A stretch of DNA of 64,000 nt. Source: Bacilli bacterium (GTDB lineage: Bacteria > Bacillota_I > Bacilli_A > RF39 > UBA660). A program made the position numbers and the translations under genes. Each line of letters begins with the position of its first letter. Positions within the stretch are counted from its first letter, which is position 1. Of the stretch, positions 48,987 through 58,216 are shown piece after piece. The notes beneath the pieces were generated by a model. The model did no database searches. It was given only the letters and a program-made list of their open reading frames with translations, and was not told the origin of the DNA. Location: contig JAFUBO010000005.1 in assembly GCA_017460175.1 (NCBI GenBank), positions 21,082-85,081 on the forward strand, read 5' to 3'.

Positions 48987-50297
48987 TTGATATTTTTTAA
49001 TAATCTATTTGATAAAATAGTAATAGGTGGTAGTATGAAAAACAAGAAAAAAAATAGATATTTATTTTTGTTTTTACTTTTATTGGGAATAAGTGTAGGA
49101 TATGCTTTTTTATCAACAACATTAAAAATAAATGGAACGACAAATATTACAAAACAATCATGGAATGTTTATTGGGATAATGTAGAGGTTTCGAGTGGTA
49201 GTATAAGTCAGAATTTGCCAATTATTACACAAAACCAAGGAGATCAAGTAAATACAAAAATATCATGGAATGTAACATTAACTAAGCCAAAAGATTTTTA
49301 TGAATTTACAGTTGATGCGGTGAATGCAGGTTCAATTGATGCGATGATAACAAATATAGATAATAGTATTTCTCCAGAATTACCAAGTTATATTAAATAT
49401 TATGTAACATATGCAGATGGAATAGTTCCAGAAGAAAAACATTTACTAGCGAAAAAGATTGGAAATACACCATCTAGAGAAAAATATAAAATTAGAGTAG
49501 AATTTAGTGATGATATTACAAGAGAAGAATTTGATAGTATTCCTTCTACTGCGCTTTCATTTACATTTGATTATAATGTTACTTATTCTCAAGCAAGTAA
49601 TGAGGCTATTAATATGAAAACTTGGATATTACCAGAGGGTAAAGAAGTATCAACATTACAAGTAGGAGATGAATTATGTTATAGAGGGCAATGCTTCAAT
49701 TTTATAAAGTATGATGGTGATAATATAGTAATGCTTGCAAAATATAATTTGAAGGTTGGAAAGAATTTTACTAATAGTGGGATTGAAACAAGTGAATATA
49801 AAATTAATGATCCTTTATATGGCTTACAAAGTCCAGATTCAAGAGGTTATATAGATGGAGCTAGTAATTATAATGGTCAAGTACAATTTTCTCAATTAAA
49901 TTATTGGCAAAATACAGGATTATCATATCCTAGTTATATTTATGATTCTATAAATAAGAAAGGTATTTCGGGTACAAATAATTATTCAATAGCTTATTAT
50001 GTAGAATTGTATAAAAATAATTTAGAAAATATAGGTGTTGATGTAGAAAGTGCAAGATTGTTAAATTATAATGATGTAATAGATAATAGTATAGGATGTT
50101 CTTACGGAACAGATAATTGTCCAACAGAAGGGAATCTTTCATTTATAACAAATACATCATTCTGGATTGGTTCAGCATTTTCTGATTATACTGTGTGTGT
50201 TATAAATTCAAATGGTTATTTTGTTTCTACTGGTTGGAATTCTTATGGAGGATGGGGAGTACGTCCGGTTATAGAAGTAAATAAAAATAATATTTAA
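48987..50297 (+). CDS. TasA/camelysin-like secreted protein (paralog 3) with ~250-aa C-terminal extension
   Basis: N-terminal ...LGISVGYAFLSTTLKINGTTNI has the same motif as 19588 and 20997. Core KPKDFYEFTVDAVNAGSIDAMI. The long C-terminal region is rich in Tyr/Asn/Gly. Confidence 0.55.
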   Translation: MIFFNNLFDKIVIGGSMKNKKKNRYLFLFLLLLGISVGYAFLSTTLKINGTTNITKQSWNVYWDNVEVSSGSISQNLPIITQNQGDQVNTKISWNVTLTKPKDFYEFTVDAVNAGSIDAMITNIDNSISPELPSYIKYYVTYADGIVPEEKHLLAKKIGNTPSREKYKIRVEFSDDITREEFDSIPSTALSFTFDYNVTYSQASNEAINMKTWILPEGKEVSTLQVGDELCYRGQCFNFIKYDGDNIVMLAKYNLKVGKNFTNSGIETSEYKINDPLYGLQSPDSRGYIDGASNYNGQVQFSQLNYWQNTGLSYPSYIYDSINKKGISGTNNYSIAYYVELYKNNLENIGVDVESARLLNYNDVIDNSIGCSYGTDNCPTEGNLSFITNTSFWIGSAFSDYTVCVINSNGYFVSTGWNSYGGWGVRPVIEVNKNNI

Positions 50298-50308
50298 TTG
50301 ATGTTAAT

Positions 50309-50337
50309 AAATCTTTGGATAATCCAAAGATTTTTTT
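50309..50337 (+). terminator. rho-independent terminator
   Basis: aaatctttgg-ataat-ccaaagattt followed by T7. Confidence 0.65.
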
Positions 50338-50398
50338 ATGCAAATAGTTCTTTGAAAAATATGTATTTTATTGTATAATAAGTGATAGGGTGAAAGAT

Positions 50399-53353
50399 AT
50401 GTATTTAAAAGGGATAACAACTTCTGGTTTTAAATCATTTGCTGATAAGTTAGAAATAAAATTAGATGGTAAAATTACGTGTATTGTAGGACCAAATGGT
50501 TCAGGTAAAAGTAATGTTGTAGATGCAGTACGTTGGGTTTTAGGAGAACAATCAATTAAATCACTTCGTGGAGATGGATCTATGTCTGATGTAATATTTT
50601 CAGGGTCTAAATCAAGAAGTCCTTTAAATGTTGCTTCTGTTGAATTATTATTTGATAATACAGATCATTTTTTAAATGTCCCTTATACAGAAATATCTAT
50701 TAAAAGAAGAGTATATCGTAGTGGAGAAAATGAGTATTACTTAAATAATGAGAAATGTAGATTAAAGGATATAATTAATTTACTTATGGATACGGGTATG
50801 GGTAAAGAATCTTTTAATATTATATCCCAAGGAGAAGTAGATAAAATTTTATCTAACTCTGCATATGATAGAAGAGTTATTTTTGAAGAAGCATCAGGTA
50901 TTTTAAAATATAAAAAACGTAAAGAAGAAGCACTTAGAAAACTAGATAGAACTCATAACAATATTGATAGGGTAAATGATATTATTACTGAGCTAGAGAT
51001 GCAAGTTGGTCCATTGAAAGAACAAAGTATTAAAGCTAAAGAATATTTAGAAAATAAGCAAGGATTAGATAAATATGAAGTAGCAATTTTAGCATATGAT
51101 ATAGAAAATTTAAATAAGGACATTGAGAATACTAAAAAAAGAAAAGAAAAATTAGATAATGATATTCAAACTATTTATAATGAATCTAGTAAGAGTGATG
51201 CTAGAAATATTAGTAATACTAATAAATTGTCTAAATTAGAAAATGAAAAACAAGAATTAAATACAAAATTATTACAAGTAACAGAAGAGAAAGAAAAAAT
51301 TGCTTCTGAGAAAGAATTATTAAGAGAAAGAAGTAAAACTACTAAAGAAGAAAATGTTATAAAAGAAGAAATAAGATTAGCGTTAGATAATAAAGAAAAA
51401 TTGTCTAGTAGTATTTCTATAGTAGAAGATGATATTAAAGTTATAGTTAATAATGCAAGTAAATTAGATAATGAATCTATTTTAGTAGAAAAAGAATTAC
51501 AAAGTTTAAAATTAAAGAAAAATATGCTTAATAATGATTATTCTACTCATAATCAAGAATATATTTCTACTATACATAAAATTGATAATTTAAAAATAGA
51601 AATAGATCAAAATGGTGATATGCCTAATAGTGTTAGAAAAGTACTTAATAATCCTAATTTAACTGGTATACATAATACTATTGGTAATATATTAACTACT
51701 GAAGATAAGTTCGTTAAAGCTCTTAATACAGCAATAGCTTCTAATAAAAATTTTATTATTACTAAAGATGAAGAATCTGCAAAAAGAGCAATTTCTTATT
51801 TGAAGGATAGTCATTTAGGAAGAGCAACATTCTTTCCATTAAGTATTATTAAAGAAAGATATGTAGATTCTGAAAGTTTAAATATAGTAAAAAATAGTGA
51901 AGATTTCTTAGGAGTTATGTCTGACTTAGTATTATATAATAGAGAATATGATAATATTATTAGAAATCAATTAGGTATAGTTTTGGTATCTACTAATATG
52001 GATAGTGCTATAAGACTTTCTCATATGATTAAAGGTAGATATAAAATAGTAACTCTTGAAGGAGACCAAGTAAATGTAGGTGGAAGTTTAACTGGTGGAT
52101 CTATTTATAATGGAAAGAGTACAGTTATCTTAAAACAAGAATTAAAACATTTAGAAGATAAAGCTAATTTATTAAAATTAGAAGAAGAAGAAATTTCTAA
52201 AGAATTAATAGAAAATGATAGTATAATTAGTAAGACAGAAGAAAAATTGTTTGCTTTGAGTAAAGAAAAAGTTTCTTTAAAAGAACTACATGATACTAAG
52301 AATAATGAATTAAATACGATTAAAGAAAATCTTGAACTTACTAAAAAAGAATATGATTCTTTAAAAGCTATAAGTAATAATTCTGTTAGTAAAAAAGAAG
52401 AGGAATTAATTAAATTATTCCATGAAAAAGAAGCATTAAAAGAAAAATTAGAAAGCAAGTTAAAAAATATTAATAAAGAAATTAGTGATTTAAAAGAAAA
52501 TATTGAAAAAGATATAGCAGATGATAAATTAAAAAATAGTGAATTGCGTAATTTAGAAAAGGAATCACGTGAAGCTGAAATATTTATTAATAGAAGTGAT
52601 GTTAAATTAGATAATATGTTAGAAATACTTGCAACTGATTATGAGTTAACATATGAAAAAGCTAAAAGTGATTATGTACTTGATATTGAACCTGATGAAG
52701 CAAGAAGCCTTGTTAACAAATATAGGGCTAATATTAAACGTATTGGTATGGTTAATTTGGATGCAATAGAAGAGTATGAAAAAGTAAATACAAGATATGT
52801 TTTCTTAACTAATCAGAGAGAGGATTTATTAAGTGCTGAAAATACATTACTTGAAATTATGAATGAAATGGATGAAGTAATGAAAGAAGAATTTGGAGTT
52901 ACTTTTGAAAAAATAAGAGAAGAATTTCAAAAAGTATTTAAAGAGTTATTTAAAGGTGGTAAAGCAGATCTTAAACTTACAAATCCAGAAGATTTATTAA
53001 ATACTGGCGTTGATATAGTTGCTTCTCCTCCAGGTAAGAAACTTACTACTATTTCGTTATTAAGTGGTGGTGAGAAAACTTTAACTGCAATTAGTTTATT
53101 ATTTGCAATACTTAATGTAAGAACAGTACCATTTTGTATATTTGATGAAGTTGAAGCTGCACTAGATGAAGCAAATGTTGCAACATTTGGAGAGTATTTA
53201 TCAAATTATAAAGATAAAACACAATTTTTAATTATTACACATAAGAAAAAAACAATGGAATATGCTAATACATTATATGGTATTACAATGCAGGAATCTG
53301 GTGTTTCTAAATTAGTTAGTGTTAAGTTAGAACAACATGAAGAATTTCTATAA
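50399..53353 (+). CDS. smc: chromosome segregation protein SMC (shorter than typical, ~985 aa)
   Basis: N-terminal IVGPNGSGKSNVVDAVRWVLGEQS.KSLRG..M.DVIF.GS. Hinge region (GIHNTIGNIL...). C-terminal LSGGEKTLTAISLLFAI and D-loop IFDEVEAALDEANV. ATG at 50399. Confidence 0.8.
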   Translation: MYLKGITTSGFKSFADKLEIKLDGKITCIVGPNGSGKSNVVDAVRWVLGEQSIKSLRGDGSMSDVIFSGSKSRSPLNVASVELLFDNTDHFLNVPYTEISIKRRVYRSGENEYYLNNEKCRLKDIINLLMDTGMGKESFNIISQGEVDKILSNSAYDRRVIFEEASGILKYKKRKEEALRKLDRTHNNIDRVNDIITELEMQVGPLKEQSIKAKEYLENKQGLDKYEVAILAYDIENLNKDIENTKKRKEKLDNDIQTIYNESSKSDARNISNTNKLSKLENEKQELNTKLLQVTEEKEKIASEKELLRERSKTTKEENVIKEEIRLALDNKEKLSSSISIVEDDIKVIVNNASKLDNESILVEKELQSLKLKKNMLNNDYSTHNQEYISTIHKIDNLKIEIDQNGDMPNSVRKVLNNPNLTGIHNTIGNILTTEDKFVKALNTAIASNKNFIITKDEESAKRAISYLKDSHLGRATFFPLSIIKERYVDSESLNIVKNSEDFLGVMSDLVLYNREYDNIIRNQLGIVLVSTNMDSAIRLSHMIKGRYKIVTLEGDQVNVGGSLTGGSIYNGKSTVILKQELKHLEDKANLLKLEEEEISKELIENDSIISKTEEKLFALSKEKVSLKELHDTKNNELNTIKENLELTKKEYDSLKAISNNSVSKKEEELIKLFHEKEALKEKLESKLKNINKEISDLKENIEKDIADDKLKNSELRNLEKESREAEIFINRSDVKLDNMLEILATDYELTYEKAKSDYVLDIEPDEARSLVNKYRANIKRIGMVNLDAIEEYEKVNTRYVFLTNQREDLLSAENTLLEIMNEMDEVMKEEFGVTFEKIREEFQKVFKELFKGGKADLKLTNPEDLLNTGVDIVASPPGKKLTTISLLSGGEKTLTAISLLFAILNVRTVPFCIFDEVEAALDEANVATFGEYLSNYKDKTQFLIITHKKKTMEYANTLYGITMQESGVSKLVSVKLEQHEEFL

Positions 53354-53354
53354 A

Positions 53355-53379
53355 AGGTAAAATTATTTACCTTTTTTTG
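53355..53379 (+). terminator. rho-independent terminator after smc
   Basis: aaggtaaa-atta-tttacctt followed by T5. Confidence 0.6.
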
Positions 53380-53417
53380 TGGACATATTTTTAATAAAAT
53401 GTTAATATATCACATAC

Positions 53418-54296
53418 GTGGTGAATTATATGAATGAGATTGCATTAAAAGAAAGTGATATATCTAAATTAAAGAAATATCCATTAGATGGTATTTGGAG
53501 TACTGAAAGTATAATTTATTATTATAAAAAAGATACTGATATGAAGAGTATTTTATTAAAAAAATTATTTCTAACAGCCGATAAGAGGGTAAACAGAAAA
53601 ATAGAAACAATTAATAAAATAAAAGAAAGTGAACTTTCAACATATCAAGAATTAGTAGTACCAGATGATATTATTACAGTAGGTGGGATAAAAGCAGGAT
53701 TTACTATTTCTGAAGTAGAAAATTCTATTAATCTACATACATATTTAGAAAATATTAATATTTCTAATAAAGATAAAATTAATGTATTAAAGAAAATAGG
53801 TAAGTTAGTAAGAAAAGTACAATGTCAAAAACAAGAATTTTATTTTGGTGATCTTCAAGAATTTAATTTTTTGATTGGAAATAATAATGATATATATGTA
53901 GTTGATTTAGATAGTTCATCTGTAACTAGAAAAAAACCTTTAGAGACTAAATATATTATTATGGATAAAAAAACTCATATTATTTCAAAATATAAAGTTA
54001 ATAAGGCAACTAGATCTTACCCTAGTATTAATAATGATAATTACTGTTATAATACAATGGTTCTTAATTTTTTGGCAGGAGAATATATTAATAGATTAGA
54101 TTTTTTTCAATATTTTGATTATTTAGAATATTTATATAATGTAGGTATAATACCTCGTGAAATGAGAGATATTTATATGAATCATTATACAGATAAAACA
54201 AATGAATTAGTTTTAGATTATTTAGACGATATACCTAATGAAATAGGTAGGGGATGTTATAATGTTTATAAAGCATTACAAAAAATAAAAAAATAA
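53418..54296 (+). CDS. hypothetical protein with possible protein-kinase-like/phosphotransferase fold
   Basis: YFGDLQEFNFLIGNNNDIYVVDLDSS resembles a kinase catalytic loop (D....N) followed by a DxD metal-binding motif. Weak evidence. Confidence 0.35.
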   Translation: MVNYMNEIALKESDISKLKKYPLDGIWSTESIIYYYKKDTDMKSILLKKLFLTADKRVNRKIETINKIKESELSTYQELVVPDDIITVGGIKAGFTISEVENSINLHTYLENINISNKDKINVLKKIGKLVRKVQCQKQEFYFGDLQEFNFLIGNNNDIYVVDLDSSSVTRKKPLETKYIIMDKKTHIISKYKVNKATRSYPSINNDNYCYNTMVLNFLAGEYINRLDFFQYFDYLEYLYNVGIIPREMRDIYMNHYTDKTNELVLDYLDDIPNEIGRGCYNVYKALQKIKK

Positions 54297-54302
54297 AAAA
54301 GA

Positions 54303-54875
54303 CTAAATGCCTCGCATTTGGTCTTTTCCTTTGAATGGATTTTTTGGATCAATATGATCTGTAAATAATATACCATTTAAATGATCAAGTTCATGTTGGA
54401 AACATATTGCTACTTCTTCTCTTCCACGAACATGAATTTTTCTTCCTTCCATATCATATGCTTCCATTGTAACTCGTGCATATCTTGGAACAATTCCTTC
54501 GACAGGTCGATTAACTGATAGACATCCTTCTCCTTCTTCTACATAGATTTGTTCCATGGAATTACTTATGATTTTTGGATTAATTAATACATAAGTTTCA
54601 AATTCTTTTTTCTCATCTTCTGGATCACTTATTTCATTAACTACAACAAAGTATCTTTTTAATACTCCTAATTGAACTGCACTCATTCCCATACCAGGGC
54701 GTAAGTCATATTTTTCAGAAAGTTCATCTATTTGACTATCATGTAAATATTTAATCATTTTATCTATTGTTTCTTTATCTTCTTTAGTAAGAGGAAAAGT
54801 AACTTCTTTACTAATTTGTCTTAATCTTTTATCTTTTTCATCCAGTATATCTTTAGTTTTTAACACTAGTACCAC
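54303..54875 (-). CDS. def: peptide deformylase
   Basis: GxGxAAxQ-like GMGMSAVQLG, EGCLS, and HELDH. The start may instead be the second GTG at 54866. Confidence 0.85.
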   Translation of the reverse strand: MVLVLKTKDILDEKDKRLRQISKEVTFPLTKEDKETIDKMIKYLHDSQIDELSEKYDLRPGMGMSAVQLGVLKRYFVVVNEISDPEDEKKEFETYVLINPKIISNSMEQIYVEEGEGCLSVNRPVEGIVPRYARVTMEAYDMEGRKIHVRGREEVAICFQHELDHLNGILFTDHIDPKNPFKGKDQMRGI

Positions 54876-54924
54876 CTCAACGTCTATATTTTATCATATT
54901 TTTTGTTATTTTGGAAGTTTTTAT

Positions 54925-54948
54925 TAAAAAAAAGAGCTAATGCTCTTT
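54925..54948. terminator. bidirectional terminator between def and the tiny TM gene (agagc-taat-gctct with A/T runs)
   Basis: aaaaaaaagagctaatgctcttt. Confidence 0.5.
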
Positions 54949-54949
54949 A

Positions 54950-55093
54950 TTAATTTGCCCATCTAGTACCAATGATGATTACTAATAAAATGAATAATAC
55001 TAATATAATTGCATAATTATTATTATTACCTTGTATAGGATAATAGTAAGAATTTGTATTAGGACAACAAGATCCTCCACCATAATAATACAT
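54950..55093 (-). CDS. YjcZ-like tiny transmembrane sporulation-associated protein (47 aa)
   Basis: Not in the ORF track because it is under 60 aa. Minus-strand ATG at 55093 lies 7 nt after a perfect aaggagg. Translation MYYYGGGSCCPNTNSYYYPIQGNNNNYAIILVLFILLVIIIGTRWAN: a Gly/Tyr head plus an ILVLFILLVII helix, as in the Bacillus/Clostridium YjcZ tiny-TM family. Confidence 0.5.
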   Translation of the reverse strand: MYYYGGGSCCPNTNSYYYPIQGNNNNYAIILVLFILLVIIIGTRWAN

Positions 55094-55208
55094 AAAATAT
55101 CCTCCTTTACTTATCTAATATAAAGTATGTTAATTTACATTTTTTGTGAGTGTTATTTTTTCTAAATATAGAAAAATATGATATATTTATTATAGAAGGG
55201 AGAATGCT

Positions 55209-56342
55209 ATGAAAAGAATAATAAAATATATAGATAAACCATTATTAGTAGTTACTATAATATTATTTGTTTTTGGACTTATTATGGTGTTCTCTGCATC
55301 TAATGTAACTGCTTATATGACTCATGCAGTTAGTCCATATAATTATTTTATAAAGCAAGGAATATTTTTGTTAGTTGGATTATTATTTGCTTTAATTATG
55401 ATTAGATTTAATACTAAATCTTATGGAATGTTTTCTAAAGGTTTATTATTAATATCAATAGCCAGTTTAATAGTTTTATTATTATATGGAACTGCTAAAA
55501 ATAGGGCATACAGTTGGTTTGATTTGGGTTTTGTTAGTATTCAACCTAGTGAATTTATAAAAATAATTACAATTGTTTTTTTAGGTGATTATTATGAAAA
55601 AAATATTAAGAAATTAAATGGTTGGGGAGCAAGTTTATTTCCTATAGGTTTATGTGCAATAGTTGCAGGTTTAATATTTATTCAACCTGATTTGGGTACT
55701 ACAATAATATATTGTGCAATTGTTGGAATTATTTTTTTAGCAGTACCAATAAATAAAGAAATAAAATTTAAAACTTGTTTTGCAATATTAGGTTTAATTG
55801 TTTTTGGAGTATTTATGCTTTTTGGTAGTGGTAAAGGAGTCTTATTGGAAAGACAAATGGAAAGATTTAATTTTTCTAATCCATGCGAAAGAATATTAGA
55901 TACTGGTAACCAAGTATGTAATTGTTATATTGCAATTAATAATGGCGGATTAACTGGTGTAGGACTTGGTAATTCTACACAAAAGTATTTGTATTTACCA
56001 GAACCTTATACTGACTTTATATTTGCAATTATAGTTGAAGAATTAGGAGTTGTTACAGGTATAATTTTAATATTATTATATATATTTATATTATATCGGA
56101 TATTAGTTATAGGAAGACGTAGTCCTAATAATAGAGGTGCTGTATTTTGTTATGGAGTAGCTACCTATATATTTTTACATATAACTATTAATTTATTAGG
56201 TATTATGGGACTTATGCCTATGACTGGTGTTCCTTTACCGTTTATGAGTTATGGTGGTAGTTTTACAATTTGTTTAATTGCGGCTTTAACAATAGTACAA
56301 AGAGTAAGCATAGAAAACGGAATATTGCGTGAAAGAAAATAG
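55209..56342 (+). CDS. FtsW/RodA/SpoVE family (SEDS) peptidoglycan polymerase
   Basis: Ten TM helices. IQPSEF.KI, PDLGT, and GLMPMTGVPLPFMSYGGS. Confidence 0.85.
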   Translation: MKRIIKYIDKPLLVVTIILFVFGLIMVFSASNVTAYMTHAVSPYNYFIKQGIFLLVGLLFALIMIRFNTKSYGMFSKGLLLISIASLIVLLLYGTAKNRAYSWFDLGFVSIQPSEFIKIITIVFLGDYYEKNIKKLNGWGASLFPIGLCAIVAGLIFIQPDLGTTIIYCAIVGIIFLAVPINKEIKFKTCFAILGLIVFGVFMLFGSGKGVLLERQMERFNFSNPCERILDTGNQVCNCYIAINNGGLTGVGLGNSTQKYLYLPEPYTDFIFAIIVEELGVVTGIILILLYIFILYRILVIGRRSPNNRGAVFCYGVATYIFLHITINLLGIMGLMPMTGVPLPFMSYGGSFTICLIAALTIVQRVSIENGILRERK

Positions 56343-56402
56343 AAAGTTATTTGCTTTCTTTTTTTTCTTTTGATATAATAAATCACTGTATAGGAGATTA
56401 TT

Positions 56403-57494
56403 ATGAGCATAACTAGTATTAAAAATTTAAAAGAGTTACTAGAATTAGAACTAAATGATAAAGATTGTTCTAATGTTTTTATTGTTGGGCATAATAGTCC
56501 GGATTTTGATGCATTAGGTTCTGCCATTGGTTTATCAGAACTTGCAAAAAAATTTAATAAAGATAGTTATATTATTATAGATGATAAAGATACTACATTG
56601 GATTCAAGTATTAAGAAAATGATTGATCAATACAAAAGTGATTATAGTTTTATAAAGAAAAAAGATCTAAATAAATTTAATATTGAAAAATCATTATTAA
56701 TAGTTACTGATGTTAATAAAATAAATATGATTTCTGTTGGTGATATATTAGATGAATTTATGTATGTTAATGTTATTGATCATCATACTGAAAATGAATT
56801 TACTATTGATACAGATAATAAGTTTATTAGTTTAGATGTATCTAGTGCTTCTGAAGTTGTTGCTAGGATATTAAATGCTTTAAAAATTAAGTATGATAGT
56901 AAAGTAAGTAATGCATTACTTGCTGGAATATGTTTAGATACTAAAAGATTTAAACAAAATACTAGTTTATTTACACATGATGTAGCAGAAAAATTAATTA
57001 AAAATGGTGCAGATGTTGATTATGTGAATAATTTGTTTTTAGAAGAATTTGAAAGTTATTGTAGAATAAGTAATTTAATTATTAATGGAACTATAATAAA
57101 AAAATATAGTAAATCATTACTTGCTCCTATTCAAGTATCATTTACTTTAAATAGAAATAATCCCCGTGAAATATATTTAAAAGAGGACTGTGCAAAGGCA
57201 GCAGATCAGATGTTAACATTTAATGGAATAGATGCAAGTTTTACTTTAGGGTATGTTGATGAAAATAATATTCATATATCTGCTAGAAGTAATAAAAAGG
57301 TAAATGTAGCTCTCATCATGGAACAATTAGGTGGGGGAGGAAATTTTCAGTGTGCTGGTGCCAAAATAGAAGCAGATGATATATTAAAAGTTGAAAAGAA
57401 TTTGATGTCAAAGATACGTATCGGTATAAGTGATGAAGTTAAAATTTTAGAAGAACCAGAAGTAATAAAGGTAAAAAGAATAAAAAAAGCATAG
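56403..57494 (+). CDS. DHH-DHHA1 family phosphoesterase (NrnA-like oligoribonuclease/pAp phosphatase)
   Basis: VGHNSPDFDALGS, DHH motif VIDHHTE, and DHHA1 GGGGNFQCAG. Confidence 0.75.
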   Translation: MSITSIKNLKELLELELNDKDCSNVFIVGHNSPDFDALGSAIGLSELAKKFNKDSYIIIDDKDTTLDSSIKKMIDQYKSDYSFIKKKDLNKFNIEKSLLIVTDVNKINMISVGDILDEFMYVNVIDHHTENEFTIDTDNKFISLDVSSASEVVARILNALKIKYDSKVSNALLAGICLDTKRFKQNTSLFTHDVAEKLIKNGADVDYVNNLFLEEFESYCRISNLIINGTIIKKYSKSLLAPIQVSFTLNRNNPREIYLKEDCAKAADQMLTFNGIDASFTLGYVDENNIHISARSNKKVNVALIMEQLGGGGNFQCAGAKIEADDILKVEKNLMSKIRIGISDEVKILEEPEVIKVKRIKKA

Positions 57495-57499
57495 AAAAG

Positions 57500-58216
57500 T
57501 TGGAAAACTTTTCTTTTTTTTCGAATAATAAAGTAGGAGGTGATAATTTGACATTTAAATATCGTTATCGAAAGCAGATATTAATTGGTAGTTTTCTTTT
57601 TTTAATTTTAGGTTGTGGACTAACATTTATTATATATAAATTTAAAGATAACTTTAAAAATAAAAGTAAAGATATAGTCATTAGTAAGAAGTTAGAAAAA
57701 AAAGAAAATAAAATTGATACAAAATATCAAGTTGATATTAAAGGCGAAGTAAATTATCCTGGTATTTATAAATTAGATATTAATTCACGAGTCATTGACG
57801 TTATAAAACTAGCTGGTGATTTAACAGAAAATGCAGATACATCAGTCATTAATTTAAGTAAAAAAATAAATGATGAAATGGTAATAATTATTTATAGTAA
57901 ACAGCAAGTTGAAGATTTTAAAAAAACGAAAGAAGTTGAAAAACAAGTACAAGAATTATGTATACAAGCAGATGATGATTCACTTAAAAACGATGCATGT
58001 ATTGATTGTGATAATAGTATTAGTGGAAAAATTAACATTAATACTGCAGGTATTGAAGAATTAAAAAAATTATCTGGTGTTGGTGATAAAAAAGCTAAAG
58101 ATATAATTAATTATAGAGAAAAGAATGGTTTGTTTGAAAAAATAGAAGATATTATGAAAGTATCTGGAATAGGAGAAAATGCTTTTGCTCAAATTAAGAA
58201 AGATATTACTGTGTGA
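57500..58216 (+). CDS. comEA: competence protein ComEA (membrane-anchored helix-hairpin-helix DNA receptor)
   Basis: TM helix, SLBB-like VNYPGIY, and C-terminal tandem HhH ININTAGIEELKKLSGVGDKKAKDII.YRE..G.F. Start uncertain. Confidence 0.75.
   Translation: MENFSFFSNNKVGGDNLTFKYRYRKQILIGSFLFLILGCGLTFIIYKFKDNFKNKSKDIVISKKLEKKENKIDTKYQVDIKGEVNYPGIYKLDINSRVIDVIKLAGDLTENADTSVINLSKKINDEMVIIIYSKQQVEDFKKTKEVEKQVQELCIQADDDSLKNDACIDCDNSISGKININTAGIEELKKLSGVGDKKAKDIINYREKNGLFEKIEDIMKVSGIGENAFAQIKKDITV

Noticed and set aside
52105-52458. Minus-strand 117-aa ORF
   Set aside because: Antisense inside smc. Ser/Leu/Phe-rich low complexity reflects the complement of the K/E-rich coiled coil.
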